56,274 bases of DNA from a virus. Taxonomy: Duplodnaviria; Caudoviricetes. Each line of letters starts with the position of its first letter. Position 1 is the first letter of the stretch. The DNA is taken from the IMG/VR virus record IMGVR_UViG_3300029258_003568, positions 1-56,274 of that record; one strand, 5' to 3'. Under the pieces are notes generated by a model that searched no databases, was not told the DNA's origin, and worked only from the letters and a program-made list of their open reading frames with translations. Shown in pieces: positions 36,286 through 45,334 of this stretch. The translations under genes were made by a program, and so were the position numbers.

Positions 36286-37533
36286 ATGAATAAAAATCGA
36301 AGTGTGGACTATTCATTCGTGGGGGCCGGCGAGGGCGGGGGCCGGATCGCGGCGACTTTTGGCCGGATGGGCTACGTCGCCGGTGCGATCAATACGTCCT
36401 CCAGCGACCTAGATGGCCTGAAACGGTTGCCGGCCAGTCACCGGCTGCACATCCACACCGGCCTGGGGGTCGGTGGGGCGGGGCGAGATCCATCGGTGGG
36501 CCGCGATGCGGTGCTGGCGCACGAGGTGGAGATCCGCGATTTCATGCGCGACCTCGTGAGCCAGGCAGACCACGTCATGCTATGCGTCGGTGGTGGCGGG
36601 GGCACCGGCACCGGGTCGATGGGCGACCTGGCCCGCATCCTGATCCGGGATCTTGGCCGACCGGTGGGAATCATTTACACGCTGCCCGGCGACGAGGGGA
36701 CGTCAGCTCTGGCTAATTCTGTCCGGGGGCTGCGCGGGCTCTACCAGCTCGCCGAGGCGGGGTCCGTTTCGCCTCTGGTGCTGGTGGACAACGCTCGTGT
36801 CGAGGAGCTCTTTCCCGAGGTGAGTGTAGGCCACCTTTGGGGCAAGATCAACCAGCACATTGCTGACGTGTGGGACTCATTCAACAGGTTGAGCACCCGC
36901 CGGGGCTGGCAGGTCGCCACTCTCGACAGCATGGACTATTATCTGAATGTGGTCCAGGCCGGCAAGTGCGCCTCGTTGGGCCGGGCTATCATCCAGGATC
37001 TCAAGAGTCCGTTGGCTCTAAAGCGAGGGGTGAGCGAGGCGATGGCCTCACTGGTGCGGGGCTACGACCTGGCCACGGCCTCGGCGATCGGCGTCATCGT
37101 CATCGGCTCGGAGGGTACGTTGAACCATCTGCCGAAAGATTATCTCGGAGATGGGTTCAGAGCCATCGAAAGCATCTTGAGCGGGGGACATATTGTGCGG
37201 GGGGTTTATGCCGACGAGCGATACCGTCACCTGCACGTGTACGTGTTCGCCAGCGGGCTAGACCTGCCGGCGAGGGTCCACGACCTGGCCGCTGAGGCTC
37301 AGGTGCAAATGAACGCGCTGCGTGAAAAGATGTCACAGCGGAGCGACCCGCTGGACATGGACTTTTTGGAGAACAACTGGCTGGGCTTGTCGCGTCAGCA
37401 GCAGGGCAACGGCAACGGCCTGGACACGGCGTTCTCGTGGATGGACGGGGGCGGTGGCTCGGGCCGGCGGTTGCCGGCGAGGAGTGGGCTGGCGGCGTTG
37501 GCGGAGCGGAAAAAGAGGAGAGGAGGGAGGTAA
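36286..37533 (+). CDS. Tubulin/FtsZ-superfamily GTPase (TubZ/RepX-like)
   Basis: GAGEGGGRIA, AINTS..DL, GGAGRDP..G, GGGGGTGTG signature, LVDN, T7-like TLDSMD, basic C-tail. Confidence 0.92.
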   Translation: MNKNRSVDYSFVGAGEGGGRIAATFGRMGYVAGAINTSSSDLDGLKRLPASHRLHIHTGLGVGGAGRDPSVGRDAVLAHEVEIRDFMRDLVSQADHVMLCVGGGGGTGTGSMGDLARILIRDLGRPVGIIYTLPGDEGTSALANSVRGLRGLYQLAEAGSVSPLVLVDNARVEELFPEVSVGHLWGKINQHIADVWDSFNRLSTRRGWQVATLDSMDYYLNVVQAGKCASLGRAIIQDLKSPLALKRGVSEAMASLVRGYDLATASAIGVIVIGSEGTLNHLPKDYLGDGFRAIESILSGGHIVRGVYADERYRHLHVYVFASGLDLPARVHDLAAEAQVQMNALREKMSQRSDPLDMDFLENNWLGLSRQQQGNGNGLDTAFSWMDGGGGSGRRLPARSGLAALAERKKRRGGR

Positions 37534-37534
37534 G

Positions 37535-37840
37535 ATGCAAAAGATCATTCATAAGGGCAGGACATTCGTGGCGTACGCCGTAAAGGAGCTCGTCCGCAGG
37601 ACGGGACGGGGACGGTCTGCGTGGGCGCGCTACCTGGTAGGCCGGTTGGCCGGTGGCACGCGGTTCGAGTTTCTGTTGGGCTTCCTCTCGGCGGCTGAGG
37701 TGCGGGCTTATGTTGGCCGGCTGCCGGCAGGCTGGTCGGCAGTCCGGGCGATGTGGAATCAGATGATCGAGCGGCTGGGCGTGGCGCAGGCGCTGGTTCT
37801 CGGCGATGGGCTGCGGGAGAACGTGCTGGCTTTGGTTTAG
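37535..37840 (+). CDS. Basic hypothetical protein
   Basis: GGAGG RBS; lies between the tubulin and ParB genes. Confidence 0.6.
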   Translation: MQKIIHKGRTFVAYAVKELVRRTGRGRSAWARYLVGRLAGGTRFEFLLGFLSAAEVRAYVGRLPAGWSAVRAMWNQMIERLGVAQALVLGDGLRENVLALV

Positions 37841-37852
37841 GGAGGAAAGGCA

Positions 37853-40084
37853 ATGGCTCGTCCAACTCACAAGGCTGTCGCCGACGAATTGAACGTGCCC
37901 ATCAGCTCGGTGGCTATCGTGAGGGAAGTGCTGGCCGGCACGTCCGCTGATGCCGTGCGAGCCCGGCGGGATCGCGGCATATCAGATGCCGCCCGTTGGC
38001 TGGCGGAACGTCGACGCTGTGCGGATGCGGCGGCCGCCATCTGCAATTCTGTAATCGCAGCGATACGGGAGATCGATGGAATCCCGATGGAGGAAATCAT
38101 GAGAACTGGAACACTTTTTATCAGGGTATCCTTGGACAGGATCGAAGACAATCCATTCCAAACGCGGATCGAGTATGGCGACGTCGGTGAGTTGGCCGAA
38201 TCGTTGCTCAAGATGCGGCCTGTCCGACCCGAAACCTCCGGCCTTCTCCAGGTACCGCCGGCGAGGATCGTCCTCAATGGCCACGTACTCAACCCCGCCG
38301 AATACGGCGGCGTCGCCCCCTGCCTCGGCGACGAACCCCACGCCCGCGTCCAACTCGCCGCCGGCCACCGGCGTTATCGGGCGTTTCAGTCTCTTCACGA
38401 AGGACGCGACGAGTATGCTACTTTTCCTGTCGACGTCCAGGTGTTGGACGACCGGGCGATGGCCGACATCGCCTGGGAGGAAAATGCCAAACGTAAGAAC
38501 TTGAACGCAATCGAGGAGGCGCAGGCGTTGCGCCGGGCTATGGAGCGTTTCGGCTGGAGCCAAGCCAAGGTGGGCCTGCGGTGGGGGTTGAGCCAATCGG
38601 CAGTGGCAAACAAGCTTAGATTGTTGGGGCTTCCCGAGGATGCACAGGCGGCTATTCGTAGCGGCCAGATCTCGGAGCGGCACGGTCGCGCTCTTCTCAA
38701 AGCTGCCGGCAAATCGGAGCGCATCTACGAGCGTGCAGCTGAGGATATCCTCCCGCCGATGGTTGTTCTTGAAATAGAGAAGAAGGCGGAGGCGCATTCG
38801 TTGGTGAGTAAACAGCATTTTTGGAAGGTGACTGCCGAGGGCGATCCTCGATGTCGGGTTTGTGGTGAGTCGGCAGCCGCCATGACTTCGGGGAAGGTGT
38901 ATTGGGATGGGAAGGAGGATTTTCTTTGCCTGGCGTGCTATCGGGCTGCGACCGGTTGGGTGCCTCCATCTGTGGCTCAGGCTGAACAGGTTATCAAACG
39001 GGCGATCCAGGCTGAAAGCCGGCGGCTGGATATGGCCGAGTGGCCGTTTGATGTGGTGGTCGGCCAGGGCGATTCCCAGATCAGATCGGCGAGGTGTGTT
39101 GACTGTCAGTTTCGGGAGGCACAAGATGATGTGGAGTGGTGTTTGGATGCGGCATGTTTCAAGAGAAAGAGAGTACATTGGTATGGTTATCTCAGGGCCC
39201 GGCTGCACGAACATCTCCTGAAAATTTTCGGAGATACTGCGCCGGTAGATGATGGATATGACGGGTATGACCTGCGCAGCACCGACGAGGTCGACGTTGC
39301 GCTGGTGAGGGATGGCATTTGTGCGCCGGGCAAGTGCAAGCGGCTCAGATTCCGGTATTACACGTATAAGACAGTGCATTGTCTCAAGCCGTGCGCCGAG
39401 TTGCCGTTTGGCTACAATTGCAACAACAGTTCGTCACACCGGGCTTGCCAGCAGCGGTATCTCAAGTCTTTGCAGAATAAGGATGAGGCGGTAGCCGAGG
39501 ACCAGGCCCGGCAGGAAGCTGCCGGGCGGCGGGAAAGGGTGGGGCAATATCTGGCTCGGGCGCAACAAAGCTTGGCCCGGGCATTGCTGGATAAACATGA
39601 TGGAGCATGGCGGGGGTTAATTCGGCTGTTTGATAGTCCAGTGCCGGGGAAGGATCAATCGGCAAGCGATTCGGCAATGCAGATTGCCAGACGGATGCTT
39701 GATGCACAGGCCAAGTATATCGAGTGGACTATCTGGAACGATGAGGATTCCGTTGAACAGGCCATTGGTCGGGTGAGGGATCATATGGCAAAGCTGGGGG
39801 TGGCCATGTTGCCCAGCCTCGATGATTTGATTCGCAAACTCGAGCGGATCGAACGCTTTGTCCTCTACGATGCTTTTCATCCGCGATCCGATCTGACCCT
39901 GGAGCAGGTCGACGGCAACATGGATAATGTGGACAAGATAGGCGTCCAGCTGGAGGAGATGTACCAGGCACAGCAGATCTCGGCTGATGATTACGATCTT
40001 TTTGCCAAGCGTCTGGCGGCACTCGAGCAGGCCCTGAATATTTCCCGGGAAATGGCTCGTATAGACTCGGCGGATTCTGAATAG
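37853..40084 (+). CDS. ParB/Noc-family CTPase with long Cys-rich C-terminal extension
   Basis: NPFQTR, AGHRRYRA, ENAKRKNLNAIEEA, HTH SQSAVANKLRLL...SERHGRAL. Confidence 0.9.
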   Translation: MARPTHKAVADELNVPISSVAIVREVLAGTSADAVRARRDRGISDAARWLAERRRCADAAAAICNSVIAAIREIDGIPMEEIMRTGTLFIRVSLDRIEDNPFQTRIEYGDVGELAESLLKMRPVRPETSGLLQVPPARIVLNGHVLNPAEYGGVAPCLGDEPHARVQLAAGHRRYRAFQSLHEGRDEYATFPVDVQVLDDRAMADIAWEENAKRKNLNAIEEAQALRRAMERFGWSQAKVGLRWGLSQSAVANKLRLLGLPEDAQAAIRSGQISERHGRALLKAAGKSERIYERAAEDILPPMVVLEIEKKAEAHSLVSKQHFWKVTAEGDPRCRVCGESAAAMTSGKVYWDGKEDFLCLACYRAATGWVPPSVAQAEQVIKRAIQAESRRLDMAEWPFDVVVGQGDSQIRSARCVDCQFREAQDDVEWCLDAACFKRKRVHWYGYLRARLHEHLLKIFGDTAPVDDGYDGYDLRSTDEVDVALVRDGICAPGKCKRLRFRYYTYKTVHCLKPCAELPFGYNCNNSSSHRACQQRYLKSLQNKDEAVAEDQARQEAAGRRERVGQYLARAQQSLARALLDKHDGAWRGLIRLFDSPVPGKDQSASDSAMQIARRMLDAQAKYIEWTIWNDEDSVEQAIGRVRDHMAKLGVAMLPSLDDLIRKLERIERFVLYDAFHPRSDLTLEQVDGNMDNVDKIGVQLEEMYQAQQISADDYDLFAKRLAALEQALNISREMARIDSADSE
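40040..40053. promoter_or_regulatory. NBS/parS-like palindrome copy 4
   Basis: ATTTCCCGGGAAAT in the 3' end of the parB-like gene. Confidence 0.75.
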
Positions 40085-40094
40085 AGACACAACT

Positions 40095-41189
40095 ATGAAA
40101 CAGCAGCTTTCTCTTCTCGAGAATATGAGACTCGATTTAGAGGGTGCAATGGAACTGAGTCTCGACAGCCTGCAGGAATATGGCCGGCGATACCGTCACT
40201 GGGCTGTGGCTTACAGCGGCGGAAAGGACAGCTCAAGTACCGTAACCTTTGTGGCCTGGGCCATTCGATCTGGTCTGGTGCCGCGCCCGGAAACACTGAC
40301 TGTGCTCTATGTTGATACGCGAATGGAGTTGCCACCACTGCAACAGACGGCGATGTGTTTGATGAGAACACTGGAAAGCCAGAAATTCAATACTCAGGTG
40401 GTCGTGCCAGAGATGGATAGCCGGTTCATGGTCTACATGCTTGGGTACGGCGTGCCGCCTCCATCGAACACATTCCGTTGGTGTACGTCCAAGATCAAGG
40501 TCGAGCCGATGTATGCAGTATTGGATGGATTGAGGCGAGAGCATGACGAAAAGTTTTTGATGATTACCGGTGTTCGCCTCGGCGAGAGTGAGGCACGGGA
40601 CCAGCGCATTGCCATCAGCTGTTCGAAGAAGAGCGGTGAGTGTGGCCAGGGTTGGTTTCAGATCTCACCACCCGATAGCGTGGCTGATGTACTTGCTCCG
40701 TTGCTGCATTGGCGTTTGTGTCATGTATACAATTGGCTCTACGATGACGGCTCTATCGGTCATGGATACGATGTGCGAGACATCGGCGTCGTCTATGGAC
40801 TTGGGGAAGTGCGTACCGGTTGTGTTGGATGTCCACTGGCCTCGCGAGACGTGGCGCTCGAGCGGTTGTTGTGGCAGGATGAAGAAAATGGTTGCACGTG
40901 GCAGCATCTCCGGTCGCTGCTTGAACTCAAACCGTTGTATCGTGAGTTAAAGAAGCCACGTTGGCGCAAACGGAAAGCGAAACCGGAGAAACGCCAGGAT
41001 GGCCAGTGGTCAAAGAATGTTCAGCGGATGGGTCCGCTTACGATGGAGGGCCGCGCTTATGGCCTGGAGCAGGTGTTGAACATCCAAGAAAGATCGCGAG
41101 TTGATCTCATCAATGCAGAGGAAGAGACGCGAATTCGTGAGATGTGGTCATTGGATATGTGGCCACACCAATACCGGCTATCCGGCTGA
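40095..41189 (+). CDS. PAPS-reductase-family (DndC-like) protein
   Basis: AYSGGKDSS PP-loop, RWCT..IK, GVRLGES..R, RTGCVGC. Confidence 0.85.
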   Translation: MKQQLSLLENMRLDLEGAMELSLDSLQEYGRRYRHWAVAYSGGKDSSSTVTFVAWAIRSGLVPRPETLTVLYVDTRMELPPLQQTAMCLMRTLESQKFNTQVVVPEMDSRFMVYMLGYGVPPPSNTFRWCTSKIKVEPMYAVLDGLRREHDEKFLMITGVRLGESEARDQRIAISCSKKSGECGQGWFQISPPDSVADVLAPLLHWRLCHVYNWLYDDGSIGHGYDVRDIGVVYGLGEVRTGCVGCPLASRDVALERLLWQDEENGCTWQHLRSLLELKPLYRELKKPRWRKRKAKPEKRQDGQWSKNVQRMGPLTMEGRAYGLEQVLNIQERSRVDLINAEEETRIREMWSLDMWPHQYRLSG

Positions 41190-41240
41190 CAAGCGATGGC
41201 AAATTGGTAGAGCAGGCGCTTTTGTTGTGAGGGTATATTG

Positions 41241-42101
41241 ATGAAACCACGGCCGGCATTGCGGTATTTCGGAGGAAAATGGCGACTTGCGCCGTGGATC
41301 ATCGGTCATTTTCCCGACCACGTTTGCTACGTCGAGCCGTTCTGTGGTGCGGCTTCGGTGTTTCTGCGAAAGAGGCCTGCTCAGTTCGAGGTGATCAACG
41401 ATCTCGATGGTGAGGTCGTCAATTTCTTTCGGATGCTGCGGGATCGCACTGATGAGTTCATTTATGCTATCCAGGCGACGCCGTACAGCCGGCGGGAATA
41501 CGAGCTGGCCTGGGAGTGGGAGAACATTGGCTCGGAGCTTGATCCGCTGGAGCGGGCCCGGCTATTCTACATTCGGTCATGGCAGGGCTGGGCATTCCGG
41601 GAGGCTCAGAGGGGGAGAGGGGATGTTGTTGTATATCCTACCTGGCGGATCCAGCATTCAAACAATCGCGGGAAGTCGGTAATAACTGACTGGAACAAGG
41701 TCGATCACTTGCCTGCACTCGCCGGGCGGCTCAAGATGGCGTTTATCGAGAACGATGATGCTATCGACATCATTGGACGGTATGACCGACCCGAGACGTT
41801 ATTCTACCTGGACCCGCCGTATCTGTCCGAACTGCGGTCGGAGCGATGGCGGCGGGCGTATCATTGCGAGGTGGACCGCGACTATCACGTCCGGCTTCTG
41901 GACCTCCTGATGGAGATCCGGGGGATGGCGATCATCAGCGGTTATCCGTCCGGGCTGTACAACGAGACGTTGGCGGGTTGGCACCGTTTCGAGACGCGGT
42001 CTCGGACGACAAATACGTCGAATCCGACGACTGAGGTGATCTGGGTATCGCCGTCGGCAACCGAAGCTAGGCTGCCGTTGTTTCAGAATTGCGGCGTGTA
42101 A
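41241..42101 (+). CDS. DNA adenine methyltransferase (Dam/D12 class)
   Basis: YFGGK, YVEPFCG, DPPY. Confidence 0.92.
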   Translation: MKPRPALRYFGGKWRLAPWIIGHFPDHVCYVEPFCGAASVFLRKRPAQFEVINDLDGEVVNFFRMLRDRTDEFIYAIQATPYSRREYELAWEWENIGSELDPLERARLFYIRSWQGWAFREAQRGRGDVVVYPTWRIQHSNNRGKSVITDWNKVDHLPALAGRLKMAFIENDDAIDIIGRYDRPETLFYLDPPYLSELRSERWRRAYHCEVDRDYHVRLLDLLMEIRGMAIISGYPSGLYNETLAGWHRFETRSRTTNTSNPTTEVIWVSPSATEARLPLFQNCGV

Positions 42102-42126
42102 GGGTCAAAGATGAAAGGAGAGAAAA

Positions 42127-42378
42127 GTGGAAGTGGGCGATTATTTTCGTTTTGCAATCGGCGATCTGGCGCGGCACGTGACGGATGGAAACGAGAGAGC
42201 AATCCGGCTGATGCTGGTCGGTCTGGGCGCGGAGATAGATCGGCATACTATAGATCCGGGTGAAATGGTGCACCGCGACTTTGTCATTGGTCTGTTGGCA
42301 ACATACGGGGGCACCGAAACCGGCGACCGCTTGAGAAAAGTTTTAGGCTACAGACTACCCATTAACGGGGAACGCTAA
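42127..42378 (+). CDS. Hypothetical protein
   Basis: AAGGAG RBS. Confidence 0.55.
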   Translation: MEVGDYFRFAIGDLARHVTDGNERAIRLMLVGLGAEIDRHTIDPGEMVHRDFVIGLLATYGGTETGDRLRKVLGYRLPINGER

Positions 42379-42431
42379 TTATGGAGTCCATAATGTTGAT
42401 GAGAAGATTTTATGATGGGAGGGAGTGAGCG

Positions 42432-42839
42432 ATGGATGAGAGAACGCAGAAGCTATTCTATATTGGGGCAGATGTCTATTTCGATCTTGATATCGTCAAG
42501 GTTGACGCGATTTTGGAGAAGGCAGGATTAAATGCTGTGGCAGATGACCTGGAGGTATGCCAAGAGGCGGTCAGGACCGCTATTGGTGAGGTTCATTTCG
42601 GAAATAGGATGCGGGCATTTGGGGGACTGGTGATCGTGGGGTCGCGTCTATCAGCATTCACCAAGTTAAAAACGGAACTCGCTGCGCTTTTTTTCGCAGA
42701 GCCAACTATTCAGCTATCGTTGAGCCCACTGGAGGCATGGTGCATTCTATCTGTGAGAACTATCCAGAGCGTTGTCGCCAAGACGCCAGCGCTGCGGGCT
42801 GTTGCCGATGACGGTTGGGGCGGTGTTGCGGGGGAGTAG
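42432..42839 (+). CDS. Hypothetical protein
   Basis: GGAG RBS. Confidence 0.55.
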   Translation: MDERTQKLFYIGADVYFDLDIVKVDAILEKAGLNAVADDLEVCQEAVRTAIGEVHFGNRMRAFGGLVIVGSRLSAFTKLKTELAALFFAEPTIQLSLSPLEAWCILSVRTIQSVVAKTPALRAVADDGWGGVAGE

Positions 42840-42842
42840 AGG

Positions 42843-43307
42843 ATGGCAATAGTAAAGGCGATAACGCTCTGGCAACCCTGGGCCAGCCTCGTTGTTCATG
42901 GCCTGAAAGAATATGAAACGAGGTCGTGGTATACAAGGTACCGGGGTCCACTGGTCATCCATGCTGCAATGCGATCAGTAAGAAAAAGCGATTTCAATTT
43001 TTATTATGATCTGTTGGAAAGGTGCAATCTCTGGAAGAAAGAATTGGTGCCCCGTGCTGCCCTCGTTGGAATCGTGGAATTGGAAAATATTTTTCCTGCG
43101 GAGGATGTAACAGTAGGCAAATGGGAATTGCATTTGGGTGATTATTCTAGCGGGCGGTTTGCCTGGAAGCTTGTGAATCCTCGTCCATTGCCTTGTTCCA
43201 TACCTATGCGTGGCCAGCAAGGGTTGTGGTCTGTTGTCTGGGATGACGACTGGCTATCTAATCCTCCGGTAAAGATGAAAGAAGATTTTCGTGATTACCG
43301 TTGGTAA
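42843..43307 (+). CDS. ASCH domain protein
   Basis: KAITLWQPWASL..GLKEYETRSW, RGPLVIHA, RGQQGLW. Confidence 0.88.
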   Translation: MAIVKAITLWQPWASLVVHGLKEYETRSWYTRYRGPLVIHAAMRSVRKSDFNFYYDLLERCNLWKKELVPRAALVGIVELENIFPAEDVTVGKWELHLGDYSSGRFAWKLVNPRPLPCSIPMRGQQGLWSVVWDDDWLSNPPVKMKEDFRDYRW

Positions 43308-43782
43308 GGTGAGATTGATTATTTCTCAGGTCGGTCACATTTTTATGCGAGTTGGTATTTTTCCTGGGCGCTGTGGCCGCGATTATTATTTGCAGAGGAT
43401 TGGTAGAGTGCGGGCAAGAGAGCTACTCGCACATATGGGTGCCGGTGATGAGATCCAGGCTGAGTATATCGAGGCTGACGATGTATTGTTATTTAGCCAG
43501 CCAAGGGGCTAATAGGGAAGAGATGATGGCAGAACGGGGAACAACCAGCAAAATACTACTTATCGGGGTTGTTAGTTTTGTAGAGTCAATGCGTGTCCTC
43601 GACGAGGTCACCGTTCGTTATAAGCAGCGTGACAACGATGGTCAAGCCATCTGGATCGAAGTTGGGAATAGCGCCAGTGGTATCGTCATCCAGGTGGAGC
43701 GGTTCAATGGTGAGACGTTCGAGATCGACGCAGCGCTGACAGCCGAAGCGATCTGGGTCGTGGCAAAGCATCTGGATGCGCG

Positions 43783-44091
43783 ATGACTACAGTACGCGAA
43801 CTACATGACAAAGCAATGTTTCTAGCTCAGCTGGCTGTGGTAGCGCGTGACCGGGACAAGGACGAAGCCCGCGCACGTGATCTAGCGCGGCGGGCGTATG
43901 AGCTAGAGCGACAAGCTGCTGAGCTAGTCCCGGTGACCAAAGAGTCAGAGCCTACCCGGTCTGTACTTTATCGCAGTGCTGCCTCTCTGGCCTACCAATG
44001 CCGGGAATTCGAGGCTGCTCTGGAGCTCGTCGCTGAGGGAGTTACGGTTGCAGATCCAGGTCAGACAAGCCTGGGCTGGATCACACGATGA
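43783..44091 (+). CDS. Stand-alone paralog of the N-terminal domain of 19775-20875
   Basis: VRELH..AM.LAQLA...SEPTRS.LY.SAASLAYQC.E shared. Confidence 0.85.
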   Translation: MTTVRELHDKAMFLAQLAVVARDRDKDEARARDLARRAYELERQAAELVPVTKESEPTRSVLYRSAASLAYQCREFEAALELVAEGVTVADPGQTSLGWITR

Positions 44092-44103
44092 AGGGAGGTA
44101 TAT

Positions 44104-44331
44104 GTGATAGAGGGGGTTGATTATCTTTTATGGGCGTTCAAATTTCACCTGACAAAAGATCTCGATCCGGTGGATGCCTGGCACGAGGCTCTCGGAAATT
44201 TTGCTGAGGTGTACGACCCCGGAGCCGATCCGAGGCCGATAACAACTTTGTCGAGGGCGATAGAGGTGACTCTGCGGTATATCGGTTCACAAGAGGACGA
44301 TAAGGGTGAGGAGAAGGGAGAAAGTGAGTAG
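44104..44331 (+). CDS. Hypothetical protein
   Basis: GGAGG RBS. Confidence 0.5.
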   Translation: MIEGVDYLLWAFKFHLTKDLDPVDAWHEALGNFAEVYDPGADPRPITTLSRAIEVTLRYIGSQEDDKGEEKGESE

Positions 44332-44788
44332 GAATATACGGCTGAGATACCGTGATGATTATAGGACCAACCAGGTAATGATTTTAGAGTGGCGACTGCA
44401 CGAAAAGGGTATTGAGCTGCTCGTTGGGGGACCTGGTTTTGAGATCGGTGGATTCAGTATTGGTATCTATGCACGGCGGCAGATACAAAATGTATTGGAT
44501 ACATTCACTAACCAGCACTCTATTCCCAAGTACGATTGGGTGGAGCACCCAAGGCTGTACACGGCCATTTATACATTTACCAAGCCGGTAAAGTTTGCGT
44601 CATATCAGGGTCACAAAACACGGCTGGCAATTCATGCCGAGGAATGGACGGAGTATGATTCAATTGCCAGAACCGTCACCGTCCATGAGCAGGGCGAGCG
44701 GAGCTGGTGGCGGTGGTTAGGCCGCTATCGGTTTTGGGACGCGTGTGAATTTCTGAGGCATGGTATTGCCATAGGAGAGGAGAGGTAA
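44306..44788 (+). CDS. Hypothetical protein
   Basis: ORF in the early operon; exact start uncertain. Confidence 0.5.
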   Translation: MRRREKVSRNIRLRYRDDYRTNQVMILEWRLHEKGIELLVGGPGFEIGGFSIGIYARRQIQNVLDTFTNQHSIPKYDWVEHPRLYTAIYTFTKPVKFASYQGHKTRLAIHAEEWTEYDSIARTVTVHEQGERSWWRWLGRYRFWDACEFLRHGIAIGEER

Positions 44789-44790
44789 GG

Positions 44791-45192
44791 ATGGCAAAGC
44801 AAGAAAAAAAGCTGGATCTATCAAAAGTATTCCAGTCCTTAGTTGAGATAGCGAACAGAGGATACAGTTGCAGTTGGGATGAGGGAAGAGAGGTAAGGGT
44901 CGAACGCCGTCTGCTACTTGGGGAAGTTTTCTGGGATGATGAGGTGAAACCCGTCGATGCCGCGATCACTTACAGGAAGGACAGCGTGGACGGGGGTGGA
45001 ACAATACAGATTTCTCCCTTTGGAAACTCTGAAATCAAGGTGGACCTCCTCATTACAGGCAAGGAGTTCCTGATGATCGTCAGGTTTCTATGTGAGGAAG
45101 GATTCGAGGAGCTCGGTGGGTACTTGATGGGAGAGAGGCATGGCGAGAGAATTCAGGATAGAGGAATTAGTGAGGATAAAAAAGACAGGTGA
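44791..45192 (+). CDS. Hypothetical protein
   Basis: GAGG RBS. Confidence 0.55.
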   Translation: MAKQEKKLDLSKVFQSLVEIANRGYSCSWDEGREVRVERRLLLGEVFWDDEVKPVDAAITYRKDSVDGGGTIQISPFGNSEIKVDLLITGKEFLMIVRFLCEEGFEELGGYLMGERHGERIQDRGISEDKKDR

Positions 45193-45334
45193 GTTGGTGA
45201 AGATCATGCAAGTCGGCGGCAAGTACTGCTTGAGGTACCGTGTCGGATCCGTCACGAACCCGGCTCAAGAGGGTTGGGCGTACGAAACCGATTTGGATCT
45301 TCCTCTCCTACAGGAGTGCAGTGATGGGCATTAA
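45140..45334 (+). CDS. Small SH3-like hypothetical protein
   Basis: FRIEELVRIKKTGELVKI pattern. Confidence 0.45.
   Translation: MAREFRIEELVRIKKTGELVKIMQVGGKYCLRYRVGSVTNPAQEGWAYETDLDLPLLQECSDGH

Noticed and set aside
36286-37533. Tubulin gene as host ftsZ from a misassembly
   Set aside because: No dcw-cluster neighbours, divergent motifs, and tight coupling to phage genes on both sides
34243-39379. Long antisense ORFs (410 aa and 465 aa) over the FtsK and ParB genes
   Set aside because: Shadow frames expected in GC-rich coding DNA; no motifs recognised
41160-41230. Possible frameshift truncating the PAPS-reductase-like C-terminus (alternative frame ends ...DGKLVEQALLL)
   Set aside because: Cannot be judged without a homolog alignment; catalytic motifs upstream are intact
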